IMG/VR virus record: IMGVR_UViG_3300020122_000519
Coordinates: 1-54,428 of that record
Length of the DNA: 54,428 nt
Direction: 5' to 3' (one strand)
Source of the DNA: a virus
Taxonomy: Duplodnaviria > Caudoviricetes
Shown: positions 15,760-24,949 of the stretch, piece after piece
Layout: each line of letters opens with the position of its first letter
Numbering within the stretch: position 1 is the first letter of the stretch
Notes under the pieces: generated by a model
The model's database searches: none
The model's input: the letters and a program-made list of their open reading frames with translations, nothing else
What the model was told of the DNA's origin: nothing
Position numbers and translations under genes: made by a program

Positions 15760-16004
15760 TGGCCGACTGGACCCACGTCATCTGCCTCGACTGCTGGAAC
15801 AAGCGCTTCCCGGGGCGAAGCGCGGCAGTGAACGCCATTGACTCGGACGGCGTCGAGGCTAGGCCCGAGCCCTGTTGCTTCTGCCACAGCGCCACCAACG
15901 CCGGAGTCTTCGTCCGCGAGGACCCAAAGTCGGAGGCGCTCAAGTGCGGCGGCACGCACCCGTGCGAGGCGGAGGCGCCTTGGGCGACGTGGAGGAAGCC
16001 TTAA
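15759..16004 (+). CDS. Small Cys-rich protein
   Basis: CLDCW...CCFC. Confidence 0.55.
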   Translation: MADWTHVICLDCWNKRFPGRSAAVNAIDSDGVEARPEPCCFCHSATNAGVFVREDPKSEALKCGGTHPCEAEAPWATWRKP

Positions 16005-16042
16005 GAGGTCTTCTTGAAGTCAACGATTGGGGAGAACAAAAC

Positions 16043-17023
16043 ATGAGTGAGACAGCCGCGAAACCAGTTAACGGAAACACGCCGCAACAGCCACAGCAGC
16101 AACCACCGCCGCCAGGGGGCCAACTGCCAACGCCAGCGTCGATCGTGAAGGGCGAGCGCACGCCGCTGCCCTTCGAGCCCCATACGGTCGACGATGTCTG
16201 GCGGCTCGCCACGATGCTCAAGACGTCGAACCTCCTTCCCGACGCTTTGAGGGAGCGCCCTGAGAACATCCTCCTCACCATCATGACCGGCCGAGAACTT
16301 GGCCTCTCGGCGATGCAGTCCTTGCGGCTCATCTGCATCGTCAAGGGCAAACCCTACATCTTCGCCGCGCTCAAGCTCGCCCTCGTGAAGCAGTCGCCTA
16401 CCTGCGTCAAGTTCAAGTGCGTCGAGAGCACTGCGGAGATCGCCACCTTCGAGACGGACCGCAAGGACGAGGGCGTGACGCGACTGTCCTTCACCATCGA
16501 GCAGGCGCGACGGGCCGGACTGCTAAGCAAGCAGGGGCGGAACGGGGAGCCGTCCAACTGGGACATGTACCCGGAGGTGATGCTGCGCTGGCGAGCGATC
16601 TCCCAACTCGCGGACATGGTCTACCCGGACATCACGCAGAACGTCGGCGCTCGCGAGGAGTTGGCGGCGGACGATCTTGAGGACCGCGGTTTCCTCGAGC
16701 GCGTGGTGCCCGCCTCCGTCGCCCCGCCAGCGCCCCCTCAAAGCTCTCCTACCCCGCAGGCTGTCGACCCCGGTACTGGTTCCCCCCAATCGTCGGGCGA
16801 GGCACCTGCGGGGCAGGAGGTAGTTCGCAGGATGCCCATCGAAGACGTCCCGGCGGACCCTATCGATTTAGAAGTTGCTGCGATCAAGAAGGCGCTCGCC
16901 GAAGCCAAGACCAAGAAGGAGTGCCTCGCGCTGACCAACCGGATCATGGCGCTGCCGGCGGTCGAGAAGCAGGCGGTGGCGAAGTTCTACGAGGACCGGG
17001 CGAAGCAGCTGCCCGCGAAATGA
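16043..17023 (+). CDS. RecT/Red-beta-family single-strand annealing protein
   Basis: GRELGLSAMQSL...IVKGKP, ARRAGL...W..YPEVML.WRA. Confidence 0.8.
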   Translation: MSETAAKPVNGNTPQQPQQQPPPPGGQLPTPASIVKGERTPLPFEPHTVDDVWRLATMLKTSNLLPDALRERPENILLTIMTGRELGLSAMQSLRLICIVKGKPYIFAALKLALVKQSPTCVKFKCVESTAEIATFETDRKDEGVTRLSFTIEQARRAGLLSKQGRNGEPSNWDMYPEVMLRWRAISQLADMVYPDITQNVGAREELAADDLEDRGFLERVVPASVAPPAPPQSSPTPQAVDPGTGSPQSSGEAPAGQEVVRRMPIEDVPADPIDLEVAAIKKALAEAKTKKECLALTNRIMALPAVEKQAVAKFYEDRAKQLPAK

Positions 17024-17036
17024 GGGAGACAAGACC

Positions 17037-18344
17037 ATGGGACTCACTGGATCCGCCATACACCGCGCGCGCGTCTGCCTACCTTCGGAGCTGCTCCCCC
17101 GGACCCTCCACGCTGGCAGCCGCTGGGCGACTTGGGGGCGGGTGGGCCACAAGTTCCTCTGCGAGGTGAGCACCCTGGGGCGCGAGGAGGCCTTGGACAA
17201 TGCCCCGCCGGAGTACCGGGAGGCGCTCGCCCTCATCGAGGTGGACAAGCTCCCGGTCGACCCCTCCAAGTTCGCCCCCGAAGTCGTCTACCGCTACGAC
17301 GTCCGGGCGGACGAGGCTCGGGAAGTGGCGCGGGGCGAGTCGGACCGCCCCTACGCGAACGACGAGAGCCCGGGCGTCATCTGGGGGACGGCCGACGTCG
17401 CGGGGTTGACCGAGGACGCGGTCGCCATCATTGATTTTAAGTTTGGCTTCGGGGACGTCGTCCCGGCCGCGAAGAATTGGCAGCTGCGCACCTACGCGCT
17501 GATGGCTTGCCGGGCGCACGGCAGGAGCAAGGCCATCGTCTTCCTGTGCCGGCTCAGGGACGACGGCACGCCTTGGTACGACCGGGCAGAGTTGGGGATG
17601 CTCGAGCTGGACGCGGCCGCGCAGGAGCTCTTCGAGTTGTGTGACCGCATCGAGGTCGCGAAGGCGCTCGGGCGCGAGCACTGGATCCCCATCGAGGGCC
17701 CCCACTGCCGCTTCTGCAAGGCCTTCAACTCCTGCCCGGCCAAGGCGAGCTTGGCGACCGCGCTGGGGACCGGGCAGATAGTTCCGTACGGCGAAATCAC
17801 CCCCCGGAACGCCCCCCTCATCGTCGAGCGCCTGTGGGCCGCCAAGCACGTCATCGCGAAGGTGGAGGAGTCCTTGGACGAGTATGCCCGCGCCCACCCC
17901 ATCGACCTAGGGGACGGGTGGGTCTACGCGGAGAAGAAGCTGCCGCGGGAGAGTATCGACCCGCTGTTGGCCCAGCCCATCCTCAAGGAGCGCGGGTTGG
18001 AGGGGGCGATCGTCACCATCCCAAAAGTCACCAAGGAGGGCCTCGAGGACGAGGTGCGCAAGCAGGTCGCGGCCAAGTACCCGAAAGGCCCCAAGCCCAA
18101 GGGCATCTTGGGCAAGACGCGGGACGGCGCGCTCGCAGCGCTGCGGCTCGCCGGGGCGGCCACCACGACGTACGCCGCCACCGTCACCAGGTGGAGGCCC
18201 AAGCCGGGCGAGATTTCTGTGCCTGCACTGCCCGACTCGAGCGGAGCAGGTCCGGCGCCGTCAACTCGAACCGAGGCAGCTCTTCCGGTGGAGAACGGCG
18301 ACGGACAGCCGGCACAGGAAGTTCCTCAGGAAGGGCTGGCCTAG
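17037..18344 (+). CDS. PD-(D/E)XK exonuclease (Cas4-like/DUF2800-like), recombination partner
   Basis: GTAD...IIDFKFG, QLRTYA, HCRFC...CP. Confidence 0.85.
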   Translation: MGLTGSAIHRARVCLPSELLPRTLHAGSRWATWGRVGHKFLCEVSTLGREEALDNAPPEYREALALIEVDKLPVDPSKFAPEVVYRYDVRADEAREVARGESDRPYANDESPGVIWGTADVAGLTEDAVAIIDFKFGFGDVVPAAKNWQLRTYALMACRAHGRSKAIVFLCRLRDDGTPWYDRAELGMLELDAAAQELFELCDRIEVAKALGREHWIPIEGPHCRFCKAFNSCPAKASLATALGTGQIVPYGEITPRNAPLIVERLWAAKHVIAKVEESLDEYARAHPIDLGDGWVYAEKKLPRESIDPLLAQPILKERGLEGAIVTIPKVTKEGLEDEVRKQVAAKYPKGPKPKGILGKTRDGALAALRLAGAATTTYAATVTRWRPKPGEISVPALPDSSGAGPAPSTRTEAALPVENGDGQPAQEVPQEGLA

Positions 18345-18367
18345 GGCCAGCGAAGGAGGGGTTTTAG

Positions 18368-19048
18368 GTGGAGACGCTGCTGATTCTGGACACCGAGACG
18401 AGCGGGTTGGACCCGGCCAAGGACGTGCTCTTGGAGGTGGGCGCCATCCGCTGGAGCATCACCTACGCGTGCGTGCTCTCGGCGTGGTCGACGCTGGTGC
18501 AGGCGGAGAAGAACGACGCGGAGAAGGTCAACCGCATCCCGACCGCAGCGCTGGCCAACGCCTCCCCGCGCGAGGTCGTCTTCGGGCTGCTCAAACAGCT
18601 GGCGGGGAAGTCGGACGCGATCGTGGCGCACAACGCTGAGTTCGACCGCAGCTTCCTGCCGGAGCTAGGCAAGCCCTGGGTCTGCTCCATGGAGGACATC
18701 CCCTGGCCCGACGCCAAGCCGGGCGGCTTCAGCTCCGTCGTGGCGCTCGCGTTGGCCAACGACATCGCGGTGGCGCAGGCGCACCGGGCGCTGACGGACT
18801 GCTTCTTGTTGGCGCGCCTGTTCGAGCGGATGGTCGAGAAGGGCGTGGACGTGCGCGCGCTCATCCAGCACGGCTTGAGGCCCAAGGCCACCTTCGTCTC
18901 GCTCGCCCCGTTCGAGGAGAAGGACAAGGTGAAGGCGCACGGGTTCAAGTGAAAGGCCGAGACCAAGCAGTGGCTCCGGAGGATGGCGATCGAGGACGTC
19001 GGCAGCTTGCCCTTCAAGGTGAAGCGACTGGAGGCATCCGGTGCCTGA
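18368..19048 (+). CDS. DnaQ-like 3'-5' exonuclease with an in-frame TGA (18950-18952) in its C-terminal domain
   Basis: LDTETSG, VAHNAEFD, AHRALTD; frame stays open to 19048 after GFK*KAETKQW. Confidence 0.85.
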
Positions 19049-19304
19049 GGACTTCATCCAAACCGCCCACCTCGCTCTGGACTGGTTTGGATGGCCCGGA
19101 GAGAGCGAGGCGCGCATCTTCGAGCGAGTGGCCGAATGGTTCTACCGCGAGACGTACTTCATTCGTTCCGGCAAGGACGTGCCGCTTGCGATGTATCAGG
19201 ACGAGGCCAAGCGCAAAGAAGTGTGGGCGAATTGGTGCAACGCCACGGGCGAGAGGGTGCGTCGGGAGTTGCTCAAGTTCGCGATGCCTGGAGGTGAGGG
19301 ATGA
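19041..19304 (+). CDS. Hypothetical protein
   Basis: 87 aa; GGAGG RBS. Confidence 0.55.
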   Translation: MPEDFIQTAHLALDWFGWPGESEARIFERVAEWFYRETYFIRSGKDVPLAMYQDEAKRKEVWANWCNATGERVRRELLKFAMPGGEG

Positions 19305-19567
19305 GCGTCGATCCCTACAACGGTGAGCGCCGCAAGGAGCTGAGCGAGCGCGCCCGGCAGAAAGCGGCCGCGCGCTTTGAATTGAGTCGACGGATTGTCG
19401 CCTACGTACGAGCCAACCCTGAGGTCTTGCGCGCAGAGGTGGCGCGGCACTTCCGCGTCTCAGCGGGACGTGTGAACAAGGCGCTAGCGGATTCTGGGAC
19501 CCCGATGGCAACACCAATGAGGGAATCGAAACAGGGGTCCGCCGGTCGGGATTGGCCCGGCCGGTAG
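19301..19567 (+). CDS. Small HTH-like protein
   Basis: RAEVARHFRVSAGRVNKAL. Confidence 0.55.
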   Translation: MSVDPYNGERRKELSERARQKAAARFELSRRIVAYVRANPEVLRAEVARHFRVSAGRVNKALADSGTPMATPMRESKQGSAGRDWPGR

Positions 19568-19597
19568 TCTTTTCAAACCAACGGAGGAGGAGCCCAA

Positions 19598-20044
19598 GTG
19601 GGAAAGAAGAATGGGGACGAGAAGAAGCAGCAGCAGCCTGAAGTCTTGAAGACCATCACCGAGGCCTTGCCTGTCGCGCTGACCGACAAGCAGCGGTTGG
19701 AGATCGGCTTGGAGTTGGCGCGGGCGGAGGGGGAGATCGCCGACCACGACACGCGCTCGAGCGAGGTGAAGCAGGGACTCAAGGCCAAGGAGGCGGAGAT
19801 CCGCGCGCGCATCAGCCAGCTGTCCACTTCCTTGCGCAATGGCCAGAAGTTCCAAGACGTCCAGGTCGACATCGTCGCTGACTTCGAGTCGAACCGGGCG
19901 CGCTACGTCCGCCAGGACACGGGCGAGGAGGTTCGCAACCGCGCCTTGGACGCCTCGGAGCGCCAGGGCCTGCTCCTGCCGGAAGACGAGGGCGAACTGG
20001 AGGAGGCTGAGCTGCCGAGCGGAGTGTCGCGGGCGGAGGAGTGA
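19598..20044 (+). CDS. Hypothetical phage protein (coiled-coil)
   Basis: Strong RBS; R.DTGE.V..R motif. Confidence 0.7.
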   Translation: MGKKNGDEKKQQQPEVLKTITEALPVALTDKQRLEIGLELARAEGEIADHDTRSSEVKQGLKAKEAEIRARISQLSTSLRNGQKFQDVQVDIVADFESNRARYVRQDTGEEVRNRALDASERQGLLLPEDEGELEEAELPSGVSRAEE

Positions 20045-20184
20045 TGCTCGGCCGCATCCTCTGCGTCTTCGGGCTGCACCTGGCGCCACCGGGCATCAGC
20101 ACGAAGCTCAGCGTCTTCTTCGAGTGCGCGCGCTGCCGGGCGCTCGTGCCCGGGGACTGGCACCGGAAGGAGTCGAGGCGGTGA
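20044..20184 (+). CDS. Small Cys/His prophage protein (DUF1660-like)
   Basis: MLGRILCVFGLH...CARC. Confidence 0.55.
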   Translation: MLGRILCVFGLHLAPPGISTKLSVFFECARCRALVPGDWHRKESRR

Positions 20185-21890
20185 AGGAGTCGGCACCGCT
20201 CACCTTCGCCGCGAAGGGCCCCGGAGTCCGCGTGGACTTGAAGAAGCTCGTCGAGTCCCGCGCGCTGGTGCAGGCGAACAGCGGGGGCGGCAAGTCGTGG
20301 CTGCTCAGGGCGCTCCTCGAGCAGACCTCCGGGCGCGTGCAGCAGTTCGTCTTCGACCCCGAGGGCGAGTTCCACACGCTGCGCGAGCGCTTCGACTACG
20401 TCTTGGCGGCCAAACACGGTGGGGACGTCGAGGCCTCCGCGCATACCGCTGCGCTCTTGGTCCGCCGGCTGATGGAGATGAACGTCAGCGCCGTCTTTGA
20501 CCTCTACGACTTGTCGAAGGACGAGAAGCGGGAGTTCCTCCGCCGCGCCCTGGTGGAACTGATGAATCTGCCTCGGGAACTGTGGCGGCCGGTGCTGGCG
20601 GTGGTGGATGAGATCCACGACTTCGCCCCCGAGGCCGGCCACGGCGAGGCCCAGTCGCTCGACGCGGTCCGCGACACCGCGAGCCGCGGGCGCAAGCGAT
20701 TGGTCTGCCTGGTGGGAGCGACGCAGCGGCTGGGCAAGCTCAGCAAGGACGTGGCGGCGGAGTTGATCAACAAATTCGTGGGGCGCACCTCGCTGGACGT
20801 GGACTTGAAGCGCGCGGTGTCTGAGCTTGGGATGAGCCCGAAGGAGGGCGGCCCCGTCCTCCGCTCGCTCGGGGCTGGCGAGTTCTACGCCTACGGCCCG
20901 GCCATCTCGAACGAGGTGGTCCTGGTGCGCGGGCCCACGCCAATCACCCGGCCACCGAAGGTGGGCGCGGCCGCGAAGGCTCCACCGCCTGCACCGGAGA
21001 AGGTGCGCGCGGTGTTGGCCCAGTTTGCAGACTTGCCCAAGGAGGCGGAGGAGCGGGCGCAGACGGTCGAGGCGCTCCAGAAAGAGGTCCGCGAGTTGAA
21101 GCGGAAGCTCAAGGAAGCCCCGAAGGCGAAGGTGGAGATCAAGGAGGTCCCGGTGCTGAAGGAGAAGGAGTTGAAGCGGCTGGAGAAGGTGGCCGAGCGG
21201 TTGGCGGCGGTCTCGTCGGAGGCGAGCGCGGCGGCGCAGGCGATTGTAGCGCCGCTAAAGGCGTTCTCAGGTCACTCCTCGTCGCTGCCGCTCGCGTTGC
21301 CTCGGATACCTGTTCCCGGGGAGATCGGCAGGACCAGGGCGGCGCCGATGATCGCCCAGGGGAACAACGGGACCGTCGCCCGCATCAACCATCCCCCGTC
21401 CAGCTACGTCGCGGTCGACGCCGCCGGGGTAATCGGCAAGGGCGAGCGCAGGGTCCTCGCTGCGGTAGCCCAGCATGAGCATGGCGTGGACCGCGTCCAA
21501 CTCTCCGTCTTGACTGGCTACGCCCGATCCAGCCGCGACACCTACCTCCAGCGCCTCCGGGCCGCCGACTTGGTCTGTGAGCGCGGAGACGCGATCTTCG
21601 TCACTGAGAAGGGGAAGGCAGAGCTCGGGAGCGACTTCACGCCGTTGCCCACCGGGGACGCGCTCCGCGAGTACTGGATGCGCTCGCTGCCGGAAGGTGA
21701 GCGCCGAGTGTTGGAGAACGTCGCGGGGCAATGGCCCGGCGAGGTGACTCGGGACGCGGTATCCGAGGCCACGGGTTACGCCCGGTCGAGCCGAGACACG
21801 TACCTCCAGCGACTCTCGGCGCGGAAGCTCGTCGTCACCAGCAAGGACGGTGTTCGTGCGTCGGACATGCTCTTCGATGGTGGACAATGA
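20181..21890 (+). CDS. HerA/FtsK-like ATPase with tandem C-terminal winged-helix repeats
   Basis: ANSGGGKS, FDPEGEF, VVDEIH, RGRKR, ATQR; TGYARSSRDTYLQRL occurs twice. Confidence 0.85.
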   Translation: MKESAPLTFAAKGPGVRVDLKKLVESRALVQANSGGGKSWLLRALLEQTSGRVQQFVFDPEGEFHTLRERFDYVLAAKHGGDVEASAHTAALLVRRLMEMNVSAVFDLYDLSKDEKREFLRRALVELMNLPRELWRPVLAVVDEIHDFAPEAGHGEAQSLDAVRDTASRGRKRLVCLVGATQRLGKLSKDVAAELINKFVGRTSLDVDLKRAVSELGMSPKEGGPVLRSLGAGEFYAYGPAISNEVVLVRGPTPITRPPKVGAAAKAPPPAPEKVRAVLAQFADLPKEAEERAQTVEALQKEVRELKRKLKEAPKAKVEIKEVPVLKEKELKRLEKVAERLAAVSSEASAAAQAIVAPLKAFSGHSSSLPLALPRIPVPGEIGRTRAAPMIAQGNNGTVARINHPPSSYVAVDAAGVIGKGERRVLAAVAQHEHGVDRVQLSVLTGYARSSRDTYLQRLRAADLVCERGDAIFVTEKGKAELGSDFTPLPTGDALREYWMRSLPEGERRVLENVAGQWPGEVTRDAVSEATGYARSSRDTYLQRLSARKLVVTSKDGVRASDMLFDGGQ

Positions 21891-22099
21891 CGCTCGCCAT
21901 CGCCCTCATGCTCTTTGCCCTCTGGCTCTACACGCTCATTCTCTTGGGTAAGGCCCGTAGGAATTTCCTCAAGGCCATGAAGCAGGCGGACGAGGCCCTG
22001 AATCAGAGGGACGCCGCGATCGCCATCGCAAAGACATTCGGGCGAGAGCTCGACTTGTGGAGGAACAGGGCGCACCGGTCGAATGGGGCGAGCGCGTGA
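21887..22099 (+). CDS. Small membrane protein
   Basis: N-terminal hydrophobic helix. Confidence 0.55.
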   Translation: MTLAIALMLFALWLYTLILLGKARRNFLKAMKQADEALNQRDAAIAIAKTFGRELDLWRNRAHRSNGASA

Positions 22100-22548
22100 A
22101 AGCGTTGACCCTCTGGCGCCCCTGGCCGTGGGCCTTCTTCTATCCACCGGCCGAGCTGCGCAAGCGCCTGGAAAACAGGACGTGGCCACTGCCAAAGAGC
22201 ATGCTCGGCCAGCGCGTAGCGTTTCATGCCGGGAAATATTGGGACGCGGCCGGGGCGAAGTACATCGCGGCACAGATGCCAGCCGCCACCAGCACCGCTG
22301 GCCAGGTCGACCAAGGAATCATCGGCACGGTCAAGCTCGTCGGATGTGTCCATAAGGAGGACCTCTTTCAAGACGCGCCGCCTTCGGGGATGCCGGACGG
22401 GCAAGCGCGGTGGTTCTTCGGGCCCTACGCCTTCGTCACGGATGCTGAGTGCCTTCTCCCGAAGCCCATCCCATGCAAGGGCTCGCAAGGCTTCTGGACG
22501 GTGCCACCTGAAATCGAAGCGGAGATCCGCGCGCAGGGGGCCGCCTGA
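22096..22548 (+). CDS. ASCH-domain protein
   Basis: KALTLWRPW...KRLENRTW...HAG...GIIG...KGSQGFW. Confidence 0.85.
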   Translation: MKALTLWRPWPWAFFYPPAELRKRLENRTWPLPKSMLGQRVAFHAGKYWDAAGAKYIAAQMPAATSTAGQVDQGIIGTVKLVGCVHKEDLFQDAPPSGMPDGQARWFFGPYAFVTDAECLLPKPIPCKGSQGFWTVPPEIEAEIRAQGAA

Positions 22549-22802
22549 TGCCCCGCTGGTCCATACCCATCAAGGACGAGCAGGGCAACGTCATCGGCAT
22601 CGCCTGCGGAAGCAGTCCGCGCCGGAAGGTCCCCGACTGCTCGGTATGCACCCAGGAGAAAGGCCCCATCTTGTGCGACGGGCCCGCGCCGGTAGGCTCG
22701 AAGCGAAAGAGCTGCGACGCGCCCATGTGCCGCACGTGCGCGCACAGGACCGGCCCCGATCGCGACATGTGCCCGAGGCATTACGCGGAGGGGCACCGGT
22801 AG
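22548..22802 (+). CDS. Cys-rich Zn-finger protein
   Basis: CSVC...LCD...CDAPMCRTC...CPRH. Confidence 0.65.
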   Translation: MPRWSIPIKDEQGNVIGIACGSSPRRKVPDCSVCTQEKGPILCDGPAPVGSKRKSCDAPMCRTCAHRTGPDRDMCPRHYAEGHR

Positions 22803-23326
22803 TGCCATCGCTGCCCGCCAGAGTCCTCGAGGACATCGCGGCCGCACTGGACCCGCACGCGGTGGACCCCGGGGAGGCGGAGGCCTTGAGGCTCATCGAA
22901 CGTATCCGCGAAGCGCTCGAGCCAAAGCGCTCCGTCCAACTCGCCCGGAAGCGCAGGCGAGCGTCGAAGGCCGAGAAGAACGCCGAGACCGCGAGCATCC
23001 GCGGGGCGGTGTTCAAGAGGGCGGAGGGGCGCTGCGAGCTCCACATCCCCCAATATGGGCGCTGCCCTCAACCGGCGTCCGAGATGCACCACTGCTTCGG
23101 GCGGGTGCGCGTTCGCCAAGGCGAGCGCAACTGCCTCGCGCTCTGCTACCTCTGCCACAGGGACTTGACGCGTAACGTCCCGAGCGCCGGTGACTGCTGG
23201 TGGCAGGTCGCGACAGCGCTGGAGGGCCTGGGATTCAGGGAAGAGGCGGGGCGGGCCTTCGTGCTTTGCCAACGGGCGACCGCGCGCGAGGAGCAGGGCC
23301 GACGGCTGAGGGAGAATCTGGGATGA
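22802..23326 (+). CDS. HNH-like nuclease
   Basis: RAEGRCE...C...EMHH...NCLALCYLCH. Confidence 0.7.
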   Translation: MPSLPARVLEDIAAALDPHAVDPGEAEALRLIERIREALEPKRSVQLARKRRRASKAEKNAETASIRGAVFKRAEGRCELHIPQYGRCPQPASEMHHCFGRVRVRQGERNCLALCYLCHRDLTRNVPSAGDCWWQVATALEGLGFREEAGRAFVLCQRATAREEQGRRLRENLG

Positions 23327-23601
23327 GCGACTTAGGGGAAGGAACCAGAACGACGCTCCCGACGCGTCAGGAGCTTTGGGATTGGTCGACGAAGTACGAC
23401 GACCCTCTGATCATGGCGTTCCTGTACGCAGCGCGGGCGCGAGACAGCCACGGCGACGAATTCCCGGTCGATCTCGGCGCACTCATTCTGGAGATGACGA
23501 AACGCAACAAGGAGATGCGCGAGCGGTTCTCAAGGCTCCTGAGCACGACTGTCGCACCCACAATCATCGTTGCCTCACCATCAAAGCAGGAGGAGGGCTA
23601 G
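23323..23601 (+). CDS. Hypothetical protein
   Basis: ATGA-coupled 92-aa ORF. Confidence 0.5.
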   Translation: MSDLGEGTRTTLPTRQELWDWSTKYDDPLIMAFLYAARARDSHGDEFPVDLGALILEMTKRNKEMRERFSRLLSTTVAPTIIVASPSKQEEG

Positions 23602-23802
23602 GTGCGGCGCTCCATCGTCTGGGCTCTCTGCAACCACGCGAGCCAGAGCCGCGAGGGCCAAGGCGAAATCACCATCGAGATGCCGGACAACGCCACGGAC
23701 GAGGAGTGCGAGGAGGCCTGCGCTGACGCTCTCGATACGCTCATCGGCAACGAGTTTGACACGGGATGGAACGAAGTGATGCCGGACGGGACGGAGAAAT
23801 GA
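23602..23802 (+). CDS. Small acidic hypothetical protein
   Basis: GGAGG RBS; 66 aa. Confidence 0.55.
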   Translation: MRRSIVWALCNHASQSREGQGEITIEMPDNATDEECEEACADALDTLIGNEFDTGWNEVMPDGTEK

Positions 23803-24068
23803 ACGACGGGACCAATTGGGAGCACGTGGCTGGGTTTTGGAAGCGAGACTTCGACCAAGCCGTGCTTCGTCTAGATGTGGCGGAGAAGGAGAACAAGAAA
23901 CTGAAGGCCGCCCTCCGGTTGTGTGAGAAGGCGCTCAACGGAATCAAGTACTGCGACGCGATAGAGGGCGACGTGTTTTGCGAACACGCCGCGCCGCCAT
24001 GTCACAAGTGCGACAACTGCCGCGCCGCCCTCGCCGCTATCCGAGAGATGGGAGTCGGAGATGGCTGA
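23799..24068 (+). CDS. Hypothetical protein
   Basis: Coiled coil plus a Cys cluster. Confidence 0.5.
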   Translation: MNDGTNWEHVAGFWKRDFDQAVLRLDVAEKENKKLKAALRLCEKALNGIKYCDAIEGDVFCEHAAPPCHKCDNCRAALAAIREMGVGDG

Positions 24069-24276
24069 GTTCGAATGGGACCAGCGCGAGCGGTGGATTT
24101 CGAACCGTGGCAAGGGGCCGCTTCAAGCTCGCATTCTTTGTGTTGCGGATGGCGTAGCCACAATGGAGCGGTGGCGCGGCGGACGAAAGACGCGATTCAA
24201 GCTCTCGGTCCAATACCTACAATCCAGCAAATGCGGCTGGGTTCGCCGAGAGATGGGAGTGAGCACAGATGATTGA
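24061..24276 (+). CDS. Hypothetical protein bracketed by 15-bp direct repeats
   Basis: 71 aa; CCGAGAGATGGGAGT at 24041 and 24246. Confidence 0.5.
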   Translation: MAEFEWDQRERWISNRGKGPLQARILCVADGVATMERWRGGRKTRFKLSVQYLQSSKCGWVRREMGVSTDD

Positions 24277-24730
24277 TCCAGAAGAAGAGCTTAAACAGTA
24301 CAGAGAAGCGCGTGCGCAAGTGTTTGCTGCCGGTAATTGGAAGCCTAGTGAGCTGTACCAAGCCGCGTATGACCTCCTGGCCGAGCGCGACTCCCTCCGC
24401 AAGGCGTTTCAAAACGCGGACGCCGATGCCAAGGACTTCAGGGCGCAGCGGGACTCCCTCCGAGAGCAGTTTGCGAAGGCGCTCGACCGCAAGGCGCAAG
24501 AACTCGAGGCGCTCAACTCGGTCAACGCCATGCGCTTGGGTGACGCGTTGGTACATCTCGAAGCCGCAAACGCGCGCATCGCGGCTCTCGAGGACTTCAT
24601 CCGGCAGTGGGAGTGGGACGGTGAAGTCGACGGAAAGCCGTGCTGCATCGAATGCGCGGCGCTCAAGGGCGCACTGCACCGCCCTGGGTGCGAACTGGCT
24701 ATGCTGCTCGATCTCAAGATTGAAACGTAA
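24269..24730 (+). CDS. Coiled-coil protein with a C-terminal CxxC...H...C
   Basis: Last rightward ORF. Confidence 0.6.
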   Translation: MIDPEEELKQYREARAQVFAAGNWKPSELYQAAYDLLAERDSLRKAFQNADADAKDFRAQRDSLREQFAKALDRKAQELEALNSVNAMRLGDALVHLEAANARIAALEDFIRQWEWDGEVDGKPCCIECAALKGALHRPGCELAMLLDLKIET

Positions 24731-24760
24731 AAAGGGCCCATACCCCGATGGTATGAGCCC
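24729..24760 (-). terminator. Intrinsic terminator ending the late operon
   Basis: - strand GGGCTCATACC-ATCGG-GGTATGGGCCC-TTTTT at the convergence point. Confidence 0.8.
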
Positions 24761-24813
24761 CAACCCCGTCGCTGTGCGGTCCACTTGCACCGGCCTACTT
24801 TTGGCGAAGGCCG

Positions 24814-24945
24814 TCAGGGTTGCCACTTGTCGCTGCGTGCGGCGCGGAAGACGAAGCCCACCAGGAAGCCGAGCAGGACGCCCACCGCTACGCAGGCGGC
24901 CTCGCGGTCTGTCTTGATCCCCACTGCGGAGAGCCACTCCGTCAC
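24814..24945 (-). CDS. 43-aa single-pass membrane micro-protein
   Basis: ACVAVGVLLGFLVGFVF followed by basic residues. Confidence 0.45.
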   Translation of the reverse strand: MTEWLSAVGIKTDREAACVAVGVLLGFLVGFVFRAARSDKWQP

Positions 24946-24949
24946 GGCT

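Noticed and set aside
17037-18344. CRISPR-Cas locus suggested by the Cas4-like nuclease
   Set aside because: No repeat-spacer array or other cas genes; it sits beside RecT as a recombination exonuclease
18950-18952. Genome-wide TGA=Trp recoding
   Set aside because: Many genes end in TGA with ATGA/GTGA coupling and TGG is used for Trp; only one such site was seen
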